Below are positions 45,065-57,007 of a DNA stretch of 64,000 nucleotides, in pieces (within the stretch, counting starts at the first letter, position 1; the number at the start of each line of letters is the position of its first letter). The DNA is taken from contig CAVXTN010000005.1 in the NCBI GenBank assembly GCA_963764745.1, positions 422,207 through 486,206 on the forward strand, in the 5' to 3' direction. The DNA comes from Candidatus Aminicenantes bacterium. Lineage in GTDB: Bacteria; Acidobacteriota; Aminicenantia; UBA2199. Under the pieces are notes generated by a model. That model saw only the letters and a program-made list of their open reading frames with translations, was not told the origin of the DNA and did no database searches. A program made the translations under genes and the position numbers.

Positions 45065-46933
45065 ATGGAAAACGAAAAGGAACAAACATTCGAATTTCAG
45101 TCCGAAGTCAAGCAGCTGCTCGACATCCTGGTATACTCGCTTTATAAAAACAAGGAAGTTTTCCTGCGCGAGCTGCTGTCCAACGCCGCCGACGCCCTGA
45201 ACAAGATGCAGTTCGAGATCCTGACCGAACCCGCCCTGCGCCGACAAGGACCAGGAACTGAAGATCACCATCAGCCGTCGACAAAAAGCACGGCAAGCTG
45301 GTGGTCGAGGACAACGGCATCGGCATGAGCAAGGAGGAGCTGGTCGGCAACATCGGCACCATCGCCCATTCCGGCACGCTGGACTACCTGAAAAAGATCA
45401 GCGAGTCCCCGGCCAAAGGCCAGGTGGACCTGATCGGCAAATTCGGCGTGGGCTTTTATTCCAGCTTCATGGTGGCCAAGGAGATCCATATCGCCAGCAG
45501 GTCCTGGCGCCCAGGACAGCCAGGCCTGGCTGTGGAAATCCAAGGGCGAAAGCAGCTACACCATCGAGGAAACGGAAAAAACCGGGCGCGGGCACGCGCA
45601 TCGAGCTGTTCCTTGAAAAAAGATGAAAAAGAATTCCTGGAAACCCACCAGCTCAAGCACATCATCCTGAAGCACTCCAAGTTCGTCCCCTTCCCCATCT
45701 ACCTGGAGGGGGAAAAGATCGAGCGCAAGGAGGCCATCTGGACCCAGCCCAAGTCCAAGCTGAGGACAAGGATTACGCCGAGTTCTACAAATTCTTCGAA
45801 AACACCCAGGAGGAGCCGGAGACCTACCTGCACCTGTCGTCCGACGCCCCGGTGCAGTTCACCGCCGTCCTGTTCGTGCCCAAGACCTCGTTCGAGCTGC
45901 TGGGGCTGATGAAGGCCGAGCCCGGCGTGGATCTCTATTCCAAGAAGATCCTGATCCAGAAAGGCTCCAAGGACATCATGCCCGAGTACCTGCGCTTCGT
46001 CAAAGGGGTCATCGATTCCGAGGAGATCCCGCTGAACATCTCGCGCGAGACCATCCAGAACAACGTGCGCATCGACAAGATCAAAAAGCACGTATTGAAA
46101 AAACTCCTGGAACATCTGGAAGGGCTCAAGGCCAAGAATCGCGAGCAGTACCTGAACATCTGGAAAAATTTCAGCAAGAATTTCAAGGAGGGCGCGGTCA
46201 GCGACTATGACAACCGGGAAAAACTCTCGCAGCTGCTGCTCTTTGCCAGCTCCAAGACCCCGGCAGACCAGCTGACCGACCTGCGAGGAATACGTCGGGC
46301 GCATGCCCGAGGGGCAGAAGGAGATCTACTTCCTGGGCGGCAGCGACCGCCAGACAATCGAAAAAAACCCGGCCCTGGAGATCTTCCGCAAGAAGGATTA
46401 CGAAGTCCTCTACCTGCTCGATCCCCTGGACGAATTCGTCCTCGACCATTTGCATGAATACGACAAGAAAGCCTTCAAGATGGCCGAAAGCGCCGACATC
46501 CCGCTGGAGGAGAAAGCCGGGGCCGACGGACGCGGCCATGGCCAAGGACGCGGAGAACCTGATCATCTATCTGAAGACGATCTACGGCGAGCAGATCCAG
46601 GACGTGAAGATCTCCAAGCGCCTGACCGACAGCCCCTGCCTGCTGCTCAACCCGGCCGACGGCCCGTCGGTGCAGATGGAAAAGATCATGAAAATGGTCA
46701 ACAAGGACTACCAGCTCGGCAAGCGCGTCTTGGAGATCAATCCCGCCCACCCCCTGATCCGCAAGATGGTGGCGCTGCACAAGAAAGACCCGGCCCTGCC
46801 CCTGCTCAAGAACCTGGCCCTGCAGCTGCTGGACAACATGAAGCTGCGCGAGGGGATATTGAGCGACACCGAGGCCGCCATCGCCCGCATCCAGCAGATC
46901 ATGCTCGACGCCGGCGGACCGGCCGGCCAATAG
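45065..46933 (+). CDS. htpG: Chaperone HtpG (Hsp90), multiple frameshifts
   Basis: [79 protein letters not shown]. Confidence 0.95.
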
Positions 46934-46963
46934 AATTGATTCAGCGGCCGCGAACGGGACGGC

Positions 46964-47705
46964 TCAGCGAAAAATGGGTGACGCCTCGGGGTCGAAGGGA
47001 TTGGTGCGGATGGCCAGGGAGAAAAGATAGGGGTAATCGTGCTTCAGGTGGCTCATGTAGGCCAGCCATTCCAGCACCAGCAGGTGGAAGGCCCGGCGCA
47101 GGTCCTGGGCCAGGTGCTGCAGGTCGGCCTCGGGCAGCCTGCTGAAATCTTCCCGGTAGACCAGTTCATCGGTCAGGTGAAAGACCGCCCACAAAAGGTC
47201 GGTGAACTTGTCGTGCTCGAGCAGGTTGGTGTTGCCCAGCAGGGAAAGCAGAAAGTCCCGGCGCGCGGTCAGGAAAACCTTCAGCTCCGGCAGGCTGCCG
47301 CCGCGGCTGTCGATGGCGTAGGGAAATTCCGCCAGCTGGCCGCGCAAGCCGGCTGAAATCCTTGTCGGCCCAGCGCCGGTCATGCAAAACCAGGGCCTTC
47401 AGTCCTGCTTCGTTTTTTTCAAAGCGAAGGAACATCTTGAGAAGCTCGCCGCCCACCTCGCTGAAGAACGTGCCGATGACCATGTTCATTTTCTTCAGCT
47501 TGGCCTTTTTCTCGCGGTTGCCGAGCAGCTGGTTGATGATCAGGGTGACGAAAAGGACCTGGAAGGGCAGGAAGGCGATATCGCCCAGCAGGTATTCGAA
47601 AATGTAATGCGCGTCCCGGAAGAGCAGGAAGTGCAGCATGTACAACCCGGCCGAGACCAATACCAGGACAAACGACAATACCACCTGCCATTTTAAATTT
47701 TTCAT
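46964..47705 (-). CDS. Conserved hypothetical membrane protein (frameshift near 47345)
   Basis: Two N-terminal TMs; GDIAFLPFQVLFVT, NMVIGTFFSEVG, NLLEHDKFTDLLWAVFHL, YPYLFSLAIRTNPF. Confidence 0.7.
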
Positions 47706-48631
47706 TGCCGCGCTCCGTCCGCGGCGGCATCGGACAACGATTTCCCGCCCGCGGCGCGTAAAATAAATGCCAGGAAACACGACCGCCGCTCCAAGCAGCA
47801 GCATCGAGGTGACCTTGTCGCCCAGGAGCAGATGGGCAAAGACGACGGCCAGGACCGGCTGCAGGTTGGAATAAACGGCGGTCTGGCTGTTGCCCACCTT
47901 GCGCACTGAAAAGAACCACAGCACCAGGGCCAGGGACAGGGCGAGCAACCCGGAAAAAGCCAGGCAAAGCCAGGCGCGCAGGGAAATGGCGGCATAAGGG
48001 AGCGACCGCAGGGCGCCACGGAAAAAGGGAAGAACATCAGGGAGCCCAGCCCCATGGTCACGGCGGTGAATTTCAGCGGCGAATAGATCTTCAAAAGCGG
48101 CCGGGCCGAGACCGAATAATGCGCCCACAAAAAAACGGCGGCAAAAAGCAGCAGGTCGCCCTTCCAGGTCTGCCGCGACAGGGCAAAGCCCCCGGCCCGG
48201 CCGCTAATGACCAGGTAGATCCCGGCAAAACCCAGGGCGATGCCCAGCCAGCCCAGCGGCTTGATCTTTTCGTGCTTGAAAAAGGAACTGAGCAGGGAGA
48301 TCATGATCGGCGCGCTGCCGAAGATCACCGCCGTGTTCGAGGCCGTGGTCAGATCGATGCCCGTAATGAACAGGTATTGGTAAAGGGTGTATCCGGAAAA
48401 CGAAAGCAGGATGATCTTGGGCAGGTCGCGCCTGGCGAAACGCAGGTTTTTTTCAGCTCACCAGCAGCCAGACGAGCAGGACCGCGGAAGCCAGCAGCAG
48501 GCGGATGCCGTTGTAGGGCAGGGGCGGGATCTCGGCCAGGGCGATCTTGACCAGCGACAGGTTCAGGGCCCAGATCGTCACCACCAGGAGCATCAGCGAG
48601 ATCGTTCGCTGAAAATCTTAACTGTCTTCAT
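47702..48631 (-). CDS. DMT/EamA-family transporter, frameshifted
   Basis: About ten TMs; TTASNTAVIFGSAP, GDLLLFAAVFLWAHY, YSNLQPVLAVVFAHLLLGD. Confidence 0.85.
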
Positions 48632-48852
48632 TTGCCTTGAAGACACATGGTAGCATAGCCGCTACAGCCAGGCAAGATGCGGCCATTCCCGGTTTTTTCG
48701 GTTTTCAGCAGGCGCCGCGGCGGCCGCTGCGGCGCCGCCCGCCGGAACGGCGGTTAAACGACGGAAAAGAAGCGGTCAACCCGGAAGCCGGCCGGGGACC
48801 CAAGCCGCGCTTTTGTCTCCGCGGCGGTCGCTGCCCGGCCGGCGCCCGCGGT

Positions 48853-49238
48853 TCATTCCAGCCAGATCTTCACGGTTTCGCCGTGGTCTTCCACTTCCAC
48901 CAGGGCCAGGGGCCCGGCCGCCTTCAGGTCGTTCCATACCCTCTGGATGTCGATCTGGCAGCCGTGCTCGACATTGAATTTCTTTGTCCGGGCAGGCATT
49001 GATCATGATCTCCACCAGGGAAACGGGCAGGGTGATCTTCACCTTTTCCTGGTCCCCGTCCTTGCCCGTCACCAGGATCTTGAACCATTGCACGCTTTTC
49101 TGGCCCGCTTCTGGAACTTTCCTGGCTCTTTACGGCATTCTTGATGACCTTGTAGTCATCGGCCGCTGAGGCAAAAAGCGCGACCGCCATGACCAGGACA
49201 AACAGGCAAACCGTCAAGCCCACGATTCTTTTTTTCAT
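48853..49238 (-). CDS. Small secreted hypothetical protein (frameshifted)
   Basis: Signal peptide MKKRIVGLTVCLFVLVMAVALFASA; core WFKILV...EKVKITLPVSLVE...VEVEDHGETVKIWLE*. Confidence 0.7.
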
Positions 49239-49258
49239 GTATCCTCCTCGAAATGGGT

Positions 49259-50085
49259 TCATTCGACCCAGAGTTGAAATACGCCGTTCTCATCCTGGAT
49301 GTCGATCTTCATGCCCTTGGCGGTCAACTGGTCCAGGATCCTGTCCAGGTTATAGCCCTGTTTCTGCAGGGTCCGCTTCTGCTCGTCGCTCAGCGACTTC
49401 AGGGCCAGGTCGGCCAGGCCCAGCGGGATGCTCAGCGAGACCTTTTCCCGGGGGTTGTTTTTATCGAATATGCGGATGCGGAGCATTTTGCCGCTCAAAT
49501 TGCCGTCGGCACGGCCCGTTCCCTGGAGCCGGGCGGGATCGATGCGCATGACCGCGATCTTGGCCCGGTCGCGCAGTTCCTCGTCCTTTTCCCTGTCCAG
49601 GATGGTCTGCAGCACCGGCAGAGCGCGGAGGGCGGCGGCGCGGTCGGGCAGGTAGCTCAGCTTGAAGGCGGCATAATAGGAAACCACCTTGTTCTCCTGC
49701 GCGAGCGACTCCAGGATCTTGCGCAGGTAGTCTTTTTCCCCGGCCTGGTAGAGGGCGGCAGCCAGGTCGATGATGGAAATCCGGGCTTCTTCGGCCAGGT
49801 TGCTGCTCGCCGAGCTTCTGACGAATTTTTCATAACTCTCCAGGGCCTGTTTCTTCATCTCCCAGCTCTTCCTGGCATTTGCCGCGGTAAAAAAGCGCCG
49901 CCGCATAGTAACGGCTCTCGGCCTGCATGCCGATAACCTCATCCAGCTTCTTTCAAGGCGGCGGTCCATTGCTTGTCGAAAATCAGCAGCTTGGCTTTTT
50001 CGAAGGCATTTTGGTCGGCCTGGGCCGGCAAAAAACCCGAAGCGAACCAGGCCAGCAAAATCATACTGCACAGTTTCTTTTTCAT
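49259..50085 (-). CDS. Secreted TPR/HEAT-like helical protein with C-terminal beta-rich domain (frameshift near 49900)
   Basis: Signal peptide; AFEKAKLLIFDKQW..., LFYRGKCQE; C-terminal MLRIRIFD...EKVSLSIPLGLAD...QDENGVFQLWVE*. Confidence 0.75.
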
Positions 50086-50867
50086 TTAAACCTCTTGATA
50101 GGGCGGATAAGAGAGATCTCTTTCCAGCAAACGGATCTTCAGCAGCAATTTTTCATTTTCCATGATCTGCTGCAGGCGGTTGATCTGGCTGCACAGCTGC
50201 CGGTCCTCCAGCTGCAGGATCTCATAATTCACCCAGTCGATCCGTTCGCTGACGCTTCTCACCTTGAGCCACTCCACGGCGGGCAGGTTCTGTTGAAAAT
50301 ATTTTTTTTTCAACAGCAACTCCTTGGCCTGGCGCGAATACAGGCGGATCTCCCAGGGCGCGACTTCCTCGCTGGCGCAATCTTTGAGCAGGTCGGTGAA
50401 CATCAACTGGCTTTGCTGCAGGTAGGAGATCACTTCTTCGCGGGCCAGTCCCGATTGCAGGCGCGTCGCGGCCGCGGCCGACAGGCGGCCCTGCCAGCTC
50501 GGCAGGGCTCACGGCGCGGGGGCGGGTCAGGAAAAACAAACCCAGGCCCACGACGGCCGCCAGGAACGCCGCCGCGGCCAGGACGGGCGAAGGAAAACAA
50601 CGGAGCCGCGCGCCGGGGAGCAGGCCGCCTCTCGCTGCCGGCCACGACCCTGGCGGTCACCGCCTCCCAGTCGATGGCCCGCATTTCGGCCTCCGCCTCG
50701 GCGGCGGGCATTGCCGCCGCGGCCAGCAGGGATCGCCAGGCGGCCAATTCCTCGCGGCAGGCCGGGCATCCGCGCAAATGCGCCTCGACCGGCCGCCGCC
50801 GGTCGTCATCGAGCTCGTCGGCCGCCAGCCATTCCAGCAGCGGCAGGAACTCACGACATGCTTTCAT
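50086..50867 (-). CDS. Anti-sigma factor with zf-HC2 zinc finger and TM helix (frameshifted)
   Basis: HLRGCPAC (HxxxCxxC) at the N-terminus; immediately downstream of the ECF sigma gene. Confidence 0.85.
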
Positions 50868-51461
50868 ATTTGCCTCCCGCGCCGGCGGGCGCCACTTCCC
50901 GCCGGATCTGCTTCAGGGCCCGGTGATGCAGCGCCTTCACGGTGCCGATGGAGATCGCCATGATCTCGGCCACCTGGCGCAGCTTCATCCCCTGGCCGTA
51001 TTTCAGGGAAAAAACCTCTTTTTGCTTCCGTGACAGGTTTTCGACCGCCCGCGCGATCGCTTCGCGCGGTCTGCCGGGACTCCCAGGCCGCCTGGGGATT
51101 GTCGGCAGCGGCCAGTTGCCGGTCGGGGACATTGTCAAAGCCCCCTTCCAGCTTCCGTTTTTTGGCATACTTGCGGTAATAGTCCACGCACAAATTGTAG
51201 GCCAGGCGGTAGATCCAGCTTTGCAGGGAGTGTTCCGGCCGGTAAGAGCCTATTTTTTCATATACCCTCATGAAGGTCTCCTGCACGATTTCCAGGGCAT
51301 CGTCGCGGTCATGGAAAAACCCGTAGCGCCAGGGTGAAGATTTTTTTTTGGTAAAGTCCGACCAGCTCGGCAAAGGCTTGCCGCTCCCCGTTTTGGATCC
51401 GGGCCACCAGGTCATGTTCCAATTCCAGGCCATGGTCTTCTCCGCCAACGGCTACTGCCAT
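50851..51461 (-). CDS. ECF-family RNA polymerase sigma factor (frameshifted)
   Basis: AFAELV..YQKK, DALEIVQETF, SWIYRLAYNLCVD, region 4 LRQVAEIMAISIGTVKALHHRA. Confidence 0.92.
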
Positions 51462-51662
51462 CGGTTTGGTCACAGGCTCTTCAGCGACTGCATAAAGAGA
51501 CGAGGATCAACAGCAGAACAAACAATATTCTCTTGGCCATTTCTTTCTCCAGTTTTGCCCATGCATAAGCTGTAACGAAACGGGCCGGCAAAAAGTTGAC
51601 GCGCCACCGGCTTTATTCTGAAGAATTAATCGGCGGCTGTCAAAGCGGAGGCCGGATGTTCC

Positions 51663-51691
51663 TTGACAAAAAAAAGGCGATTGGTTACACT
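51663..51691 (+). promoter_or_regulatory. Sigma-70-type promoter for the SPFH-coaE operon
   Basis: TTGACA-N17-TACACT. Confidence 0.6.
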
Positions 51692-51736
51692 TATTTCATG
51701 GAAAACATCAAGCAAGTGTTTAAAGACGGAGGAAAC

Positions 51737-52585
51737 ATGACCAAAAATATCGGGAAATATATAATGGTTGGCGTGATCGTCCTGTTCCTGCTGGTTTTCA
51801 TGTTCAAGATCTACATCGTCGTCGATCCCGGCGAAAAAGCGGTGATCTTCAACAAGGCCACCGGCAACCTGCGCGTGACCCCGAACGAGGGCTTCTATTT
51901 CCTGATCCCCCTGATCGAGGAACCCACCGTTTACGACATGAAAGCCCGGACCTATACCATGAGCATCGCCGCCCTGGAAGGGGAAATCAAGGGCGACGAC
52001 TCGCTGCAGGCGCTGACCTCGGACGGCCAGACCGTGCTGCTCGACATCTCGGTGCGCTACCATCCCGACGTCGACAACCTGGACAAGCTGCACCGCCGCA
52101 TCGGCGTGGATTACGTCAACAAGGTCCTGCGCCCCCAGGTGCGCTCCATCGTGCGCATGATCGTGTCCGAGTACCCGGTGCTCGACGTCTATTCGGGCAA
52201 GCGCATGCTCATCCAGTCCGAGATCGAAAGAAAAATGAGCGATTCCTTGAAAAAGAGCTATATCACCTGCGAAGAGGTGCTGCTGCGCAACGTCCAGTTC
52301 TCGCGCGATTTCCAGCAGGCCATCGAAAACAAGCAGATCGCCCAGCAGGAAGCCCAGCGCATGAAGTATGTTTTGGAAAAACAGGAAATGGAAAAGACGC
52401 GCAAGATCATCGAGGCCACGGGCGAGGCCGAATCGCTGCGCCTGAAGGGCAAGGCCCTGGCCGACAATCCGCTGCTGATCCAGTACGAATACGTCAAGCT
52501 GCTTTCGCCCAACATCCAGGCCATCATCACCGACCAGAACACGATCTTCAATTTCTCGGACTTCATCAAGGGCCAGAAAAAGTAA
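51737..52585 (+). CDS. Prohibitin/SPFH (band 7) family protein
   Basis: RBS GGAGG; N-terminal TM; LTSDGQTVLLDISVRY, LLRNVQFS..FQQAIENKQIAQQEA. Confidence 0.92.
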   Translation: MTKNIGKYIMVGVIVLFLLVFMFKIYIVVDPGEKAVIFNKATGNLRVTPNEGFYFLIPLIEEPTVYDMKARTYTMSIAALEGEIKGDDSLQALTSDGQTVLLDISVRYHPDVDNLDKLHRRIGVDYVNKVLRPQVRSIVRMIVSEYPVLDVYSGKRMLIQSEIERKMSDSLKKSYITCEEVLLRNVQFSRDFQQAIENKQIAQQEAQRMKYVLEKQEMEKTRKIIEATGEAESLRLKGKALADNPLLIQYEYVKLLSPNIQAIITDQNTIFNFSDFIKGQKK

Positions 52586-52598
52586 GCCCGGCCGGCGC

Positions 52599-53214
52599 AT
52601 GCACACCATCGGCCTGACCGGAGGTTTCTGCAGCGGCAAAACATTCGTGTTGAAAGTCCTGGAAGAGCAGGGCTGCTTCACCATGCGCGCCGACGACCTG
52701 GCCAAGAATATCATTTTCACCAAGGATTCGCCCGTCCTGCGGGAGATCATTTCCAGTTGCGGACCCGACATTTATGACCCGGAAAAAGGACTGGACAAGG
52801 AAAAATTCAGCGCCATGCTCTTCGAAGACTGCGAAAAGCGCAATCTCATCAATTCCATCGTGCACCCGCTGGTCAGCGAGGAGCGCCGGAACAAGATCCG
52901 CGCCGTCGCCGCGAGCAAAGCCTACGACTTCCTGGTCTACGAATCGGCCCTGCTGCTGGAATCGGGCATCTACCGCGAATTCGAAAAGATCATCGTGGTG
53001 TATACGTCCGCCGCCGAACAGCTTCGCCGGGCCATGGAGCGTGACCGGCTTTCGCGGGCCGAGGCGGAAAAGCGCATCCAGTCGCAGTTCCCGCTTGAAG
53101 GAAAAACTGAAAGTGGCCAATTACACCATCGACAGCAGCGGCTCCTTCGAAAATACCCGGGCCAACACCCTGGAAGTTTTTCACCTCTTGAAAAAAGATT
53201 TTAATTTTTTGTAA
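52599..53214 (+). CDS. coaE: Dephospho-CoA kinase (frameshift near 53100)
   Basis: IGLTGGFCSGKT, ADDLAK, LINSIVHP, ALLLE, RIQSQ, NYTIDSSG. Confidence 0.9.
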
Positions 53215-53234
53215 ATTGTGCTACCATTCCCCAC

Positions 53235-53913
53235 ATGGAGAGCACGGAGTATTTGGAAGAACTTTTGCGGTTGTTCAATCTGGGCAAAGGGGCGCCCATT
53301 GCCGATATCCTCGAAAAATACCTGGAAAAAACGCTGCAGATCAAGTTCCAGCGGATCATCATCAACCAGGATATCCTGAAGGAGGAATTCGTGCGCCTGC
53401 ACGAAACGTTCCTCAAGCTCCTGAAAATCTACCAGGCCGGCGACAAAAAGCTGGAAATGAGCCTGTTTTCCGGCGACCAGCTGGCCAAGTTTTTTTACAA
53501 CCAGGGCGTCTACGCGCTATGCAAGGACAACTACCTGCTGGCCGGGGAAAAATTCCACGAAGCCTATAAGCTCAACAAGCGCAACATCTACCTGTTGATC
53601 TACCTGGGCATCATCCTGACGGTCAGGAAAAACTTTTACGCGGCCGAAAAATATTTTGCCGACGCGCTCCTGCGCGACCCCAACTACGACGATGCCTGGT
53701 ACTTCGCCGCCGAGAACCTGTTCAAAGCCGGCAATTTCAGGAAGGCCCTTGAATACTACGAAAAAACCAAGAAGCCTGAACCCCGCCTACAACGAGATCA
53801 ACTTCCGCATCAAAGAGGCCAAGGAAGCCATCATCCGAAAACAGCGGGCGGGCAAAAAAGATTCCCTGCTCCGCAAGATCGTCAACTATTTCCGCAACGC
53901 TTTCGAGAAGTAG
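53235..53913 (+). CDS. TPR protein (frameshift near 53770)
   Basis: FFYNQGV..., YLGIILTVRKNFYAAEKYF, AWYFAAENLFKAG. Confidence 0.75.
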
Positions 53914-54049
53914 CCGCCCTGGGATCATTCCCCCATCAGCTTCATGCCGCCCGATGCGTTCATGGGGACGATGCCCAAGTCCGATATTGTTTGCCTGATA
54001 CATTCATGCTAAGATTTGTCGGCAAAAAGATGATCGGAAAAATCGACAA

Positions 54050-55600
54050 ATGGCAGCCATGCCGCTAGCCTTGCCTAAAAAAACGGGGACCGGACAGAGC
54101 CTGGTCCGGATATTAAAAAACAATTCATCTCTTCATTTTTTGTTCATTCTTATCATGGAGCTGCTTGCCTATCGTCATCTTTTTTCAATTTTTTTTCTAT
54201 CCGATGATTTTGAACTGCTGCAAAGAAACATGTTATGGCTGAACCCCAGCCAGGGCTTTTTTCGCCCGATCCCGAAATTAATCATGCTCTCTTTTCACTT
54301 CCTGTTTGGCACCCGGACCTTCGCTTTTCATCTGCTGTCTTTTTTGATCCATTATGCAAACGCCCTGTTGATCTATTTCATTCTGCAAAAATTAATGCGC
54401 AACAAGCCGGCCGCGCTGATCGGAAGCGCCTTATTCGTCGTCAATTACCTCAATTCGGAAGCGGTCTTCTGGATATCGTCCATCAACTCGATCCTGGTGA
54501 CCCTATTCATACTTTTGGCGATCAATTCATTTTTAAACTACCTTGCATTCGCCACGACCGGGTATAAAAAGCAATCGCTTGCCTATCTGGTCCTGGGATT
54601 GCTTACCAACGAAAATGCCATCATGCTTCCGGCGCTTTTATTTATCCTTTATGAATGTTACTCGAAATTCAAAAGCAAAATCCGCTTCGCAGATCTGCTA
54701 AAGGACTTGACCGGCCATTTCATCATTATTTTTGCCTATGTGCTGGTCAAATCCCTGTCACTGGTCTCCAATTTCAGGCAGGGAACGCTCTCTTTCGGTT
54801 ATCACGTGATCAGGAATCTAAGATTCTTTATCCTGTCCATCTTTACCTTCAATCCATTCAATGATCTCCCCTTTGTCTATATAGACACAAACCTGCTGAA
54901 TATTTTTTTACAGCATCCGATCAAAAAGCTTGATCCGAAATTCGATCTGTTCCATTTTTATTTTCCCCTGTTGATAGGGGCAATAATTCTCGCGTTTTTT
55001 ATTTATATCCTTTTTAAAGGCCCGGCAAAGCTCAAGTATACTTCACTTGCCATCATCGCCTCCACGCTCCCGGTCGTCATGTTGTCATCCACAAATCTCC
55101 CCTTTGGTGGATATTATCGCTATCCCCTGCGGCTAATGTATTTACCGAGTAGCCTGTTCGTGATTTTCCTTGCCCTTTTCCTGAACAAAGCCCTGCTCTG
55201 GCTGAGAAAAAGGAGTGAACTGAGGAAGTACTCGGCAATACTCATGATCCTGGTTTTCAGCCTGCTCCTGTCCGAAACCATAAAAACCAACGGCAGGAAT
55301 TCGGATTGGCTTAGAGCCAGCGCGATAACCCGGTCCATCCTGGGTCAATTCGGCAAGTTCATTGGCTCATCCCCGGAAACAAGACACATCGTATTATTCA
55401 ATGTGCCGGATAATTATCAAGGCGCGTATATTTTCAGGAACGGGCTTGCCGCCGCCATCAAGCTGTATTTCCCGGCTGCCAAGGTAAAAATCGAGCCTTC
55501 CAAATTACCGGCAAAAAATGCCGGCAAATTTAAAACCCATGAAAGCGGGCTCATTTTTCTGGATTGCGCCGGGGGTAAGCTGACCCCCATCCCGGATTGA
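54050..55600 (+). CDS. Polytopic GT-C-fold (ArnT/PMT-like) membrane glycosyltransferase
   Basis: FLSDDF acidic motif after TM1, FFRP, FHLLSFLIH, SEAVFWIS, ENAIMLP, YRYPLRLMYLP; about 11 TMs; AT-richer DNA. Confidence 0.75.
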   Translation: MAAMPLALPKKTGTGQSLVRILKNNSSLHFLFILIMELLAYRHLFSIFFLSDDFELLQRNMLWLNPSQGFFRPIPKLIMLSFHFLFGTRTFAFHLLSFLIHYANALLIYFILQKLMRNKPAALIGSALFVVNYLNSEAVFWISSINSILVTLFILLAINSFLNYLAFATTGYKKQSLAYLVLGLLTNENAIMLPALLFILYECYSKFKSKIRFADLLKDLTGHFIIIFAYVLVKSLSLVSNFRQGTLSFGYHVIRNLRFFILSIFTFNPFNDLPFVYIDTNLLNIFLQHPIKKLDPKFDLFHFYFPLLIGAIILAFFIYILFKGPAKLKYTSLAIIASTLPVVMLSSTNLPFGGYYRYPLRLMYLPSSLFVIFLALFLNKALLWLRKRSELRKYSAILMILVFSLLLSETIKTNGRNSDWLRASAITRSILGQFGKFIGSSPETRHIVLFNVPDNYQGAYIFRNGLAAAIKLYFPAAKVKIEPSKLPAKNAGKFKTHESGLIFLDCAGGKLTPIPD

Positions 55601-55622
55601 AAATTTAAGGAACCAATAGGTT

Positions 55623-57005
55623 CTATTCTTTCTTCCACTTCACGCCGTCGGCGGTATCCAGCAAGGTGATGCCCTGCTTTTTCAATTCGGCGCGGATGGC
55701 GTCGGCGCGGGCAAAATCTTTTTCCTTGCGGGCCTTTTCGCGCTGGGCGATCTTTTCTTCGACGGCCGCGGCCAGGGGAGTCGCATCGCCCCGGTCCAGG
55801 ATGCCCAGGACCGAATTCAGGCGGTCCATGTAAGCCAGGACGCCGGCCGCGTCATTCTGGCTGATCTCATTCATCCGTTGATTGATCTCGTGGATCAAGT
55901 CGAACAGCACTCCCAGGGCGCCGGAAATATTGAAATCATCGGCCATGTTCGCGGCGAAAGCATCCTGGCTGGACTGCAGCAAGGCCGAAAGCTTCGCGTC
56001 CGCCGCGCCCGCTTTTTGCACGTTTTTCAGGGAAAAAACAAAATTCTTGATGCGGCCCAGGGCCTGCCCGGCCATTTCCAGGTTCTCAAGGGTGAAATTA
56101 AGCAGCTTGCGGTAGTGGGTGGATATCAGGAGGTAGCGCACGACCATGGGATCGTAGCCGCGCTGGAGCAGGTCGCCCAGGGTATAAAAATTTCCCAGCG
56201 ACTTCGACATTTTCTTGTTGTTCACCACCAGGTGCTGGCAGTGCAGCCAGTAATTGACGAAGGTCTGGCCGTTGGCGCATTCGGACTGGGCGATCTCGTT
56301 TTCATGGTGCGGGAAAATATTGTCCACGCCGCCCATGTGGATGTCGAAATGCGGCCCCAGGTATTTCATGCTCATGGCCGAGCATTCGATGTGCCAGCCG
56401 GGGCGCCCTTCCCCGAAAGGAGCCGGCCAGAAAGGCTCGCCGGGCTTCCGGCCCTTCCAGAGCACGAAATCCTGGACCGCTTCCTTGTCGTACTCATCGG
56501 CGTCGGCCGCCGCGCCCGCCCGGAGATTGTTCAGGATCGATATTGGCCAGGCGGCCGTACTCCTTGAAACTCTCGATGCGGAAATAGACCGATCCTTCCT
56601 TCCGTAGGCGAACCCTTTTTCCAGCAGCACCGCGATCAGGTCGATCATTTCCGGGATGTGCGCGGTGGCGCGCGGGTAGACGTCGGCCGGCAGGATGTTC
56701 AGGGTGCGGATGTCTTCATGAAAGGCGTCGATGTATTTCTGGGTCACTTCGGCCAGCGGCAGCCCCGTCTGGTTGGCCTTGCGGATGGTCTTGTCGTCGA
56801 TATCGGTGATGTTCATCACGTGGCGGACGCGGTAGCCGGAAAAAATGAAAAAACGCTTGACCAGGTCCTCGAAGATGTAGGAGCGGTAGTTGCCGATGTG
56901 CGGGTAGTCATAGACCGTGGGGCCGCAGGTGTAAAGTCCGATCGTTCCTTTCTCGATCTCGTGGAATTCCTCCAGGCTGCGGGTCATGGTGTTGAAAAAT
57001 CTCAT
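55623..57005 (-). CDS. cysS: Cysteine--tRNA ligase (frameshift near 56540-56600)
   Basis: [59 protein letters not shown]. Confidence 0.97.
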   Translation of the reverse strand: MRFFNTMTRSLEEFHEIEKGTIGLYTCGPTVYDYPHIGNYRSYIFEDLVKRFFIFSGYRVRHVMNITDIDDKTIRKANQTGLPLAEVTQKYIDAFHEDIRTLNILPADVYPRATAHIPEMIDLIAVLLEKGFAYGRKDRSISASRVSRSTAAWPISILNNLRAGAAADADEYDKEAVQDFVLWKGRKPGEPFWPAPFGEGRPGWHIECSAMSMKYLGPHFDIHMGGVDNIFPHHENEIAQSECANGQTFVNYWLHCQHLVVNNKKMSKSLGNFYTLGDLLQRGYDPMVVRYLLISTHYRKLLNFTLENLEMAGQALGRIKNFVFSLKNVQKAGAADAKLSALLQSSQDAFAANMADDFNISGALGVLFDLIHEINQRMNEISQNDAAGVLAYMDRLNSVLGILDRGDATPLAAAVEEKIAQREKARKEKDFARADAIRAELKKQGITLLDTADGVKWKKE

Positions 57006-57007
57006 GG

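Noticed and set aside
48700-48850. GC-rich palindromes between the DMT gene and the ECF operon as an ncRNA
   Set aside because: No recognisable RNA-family features; adequately explained as terminator-like hairpins.
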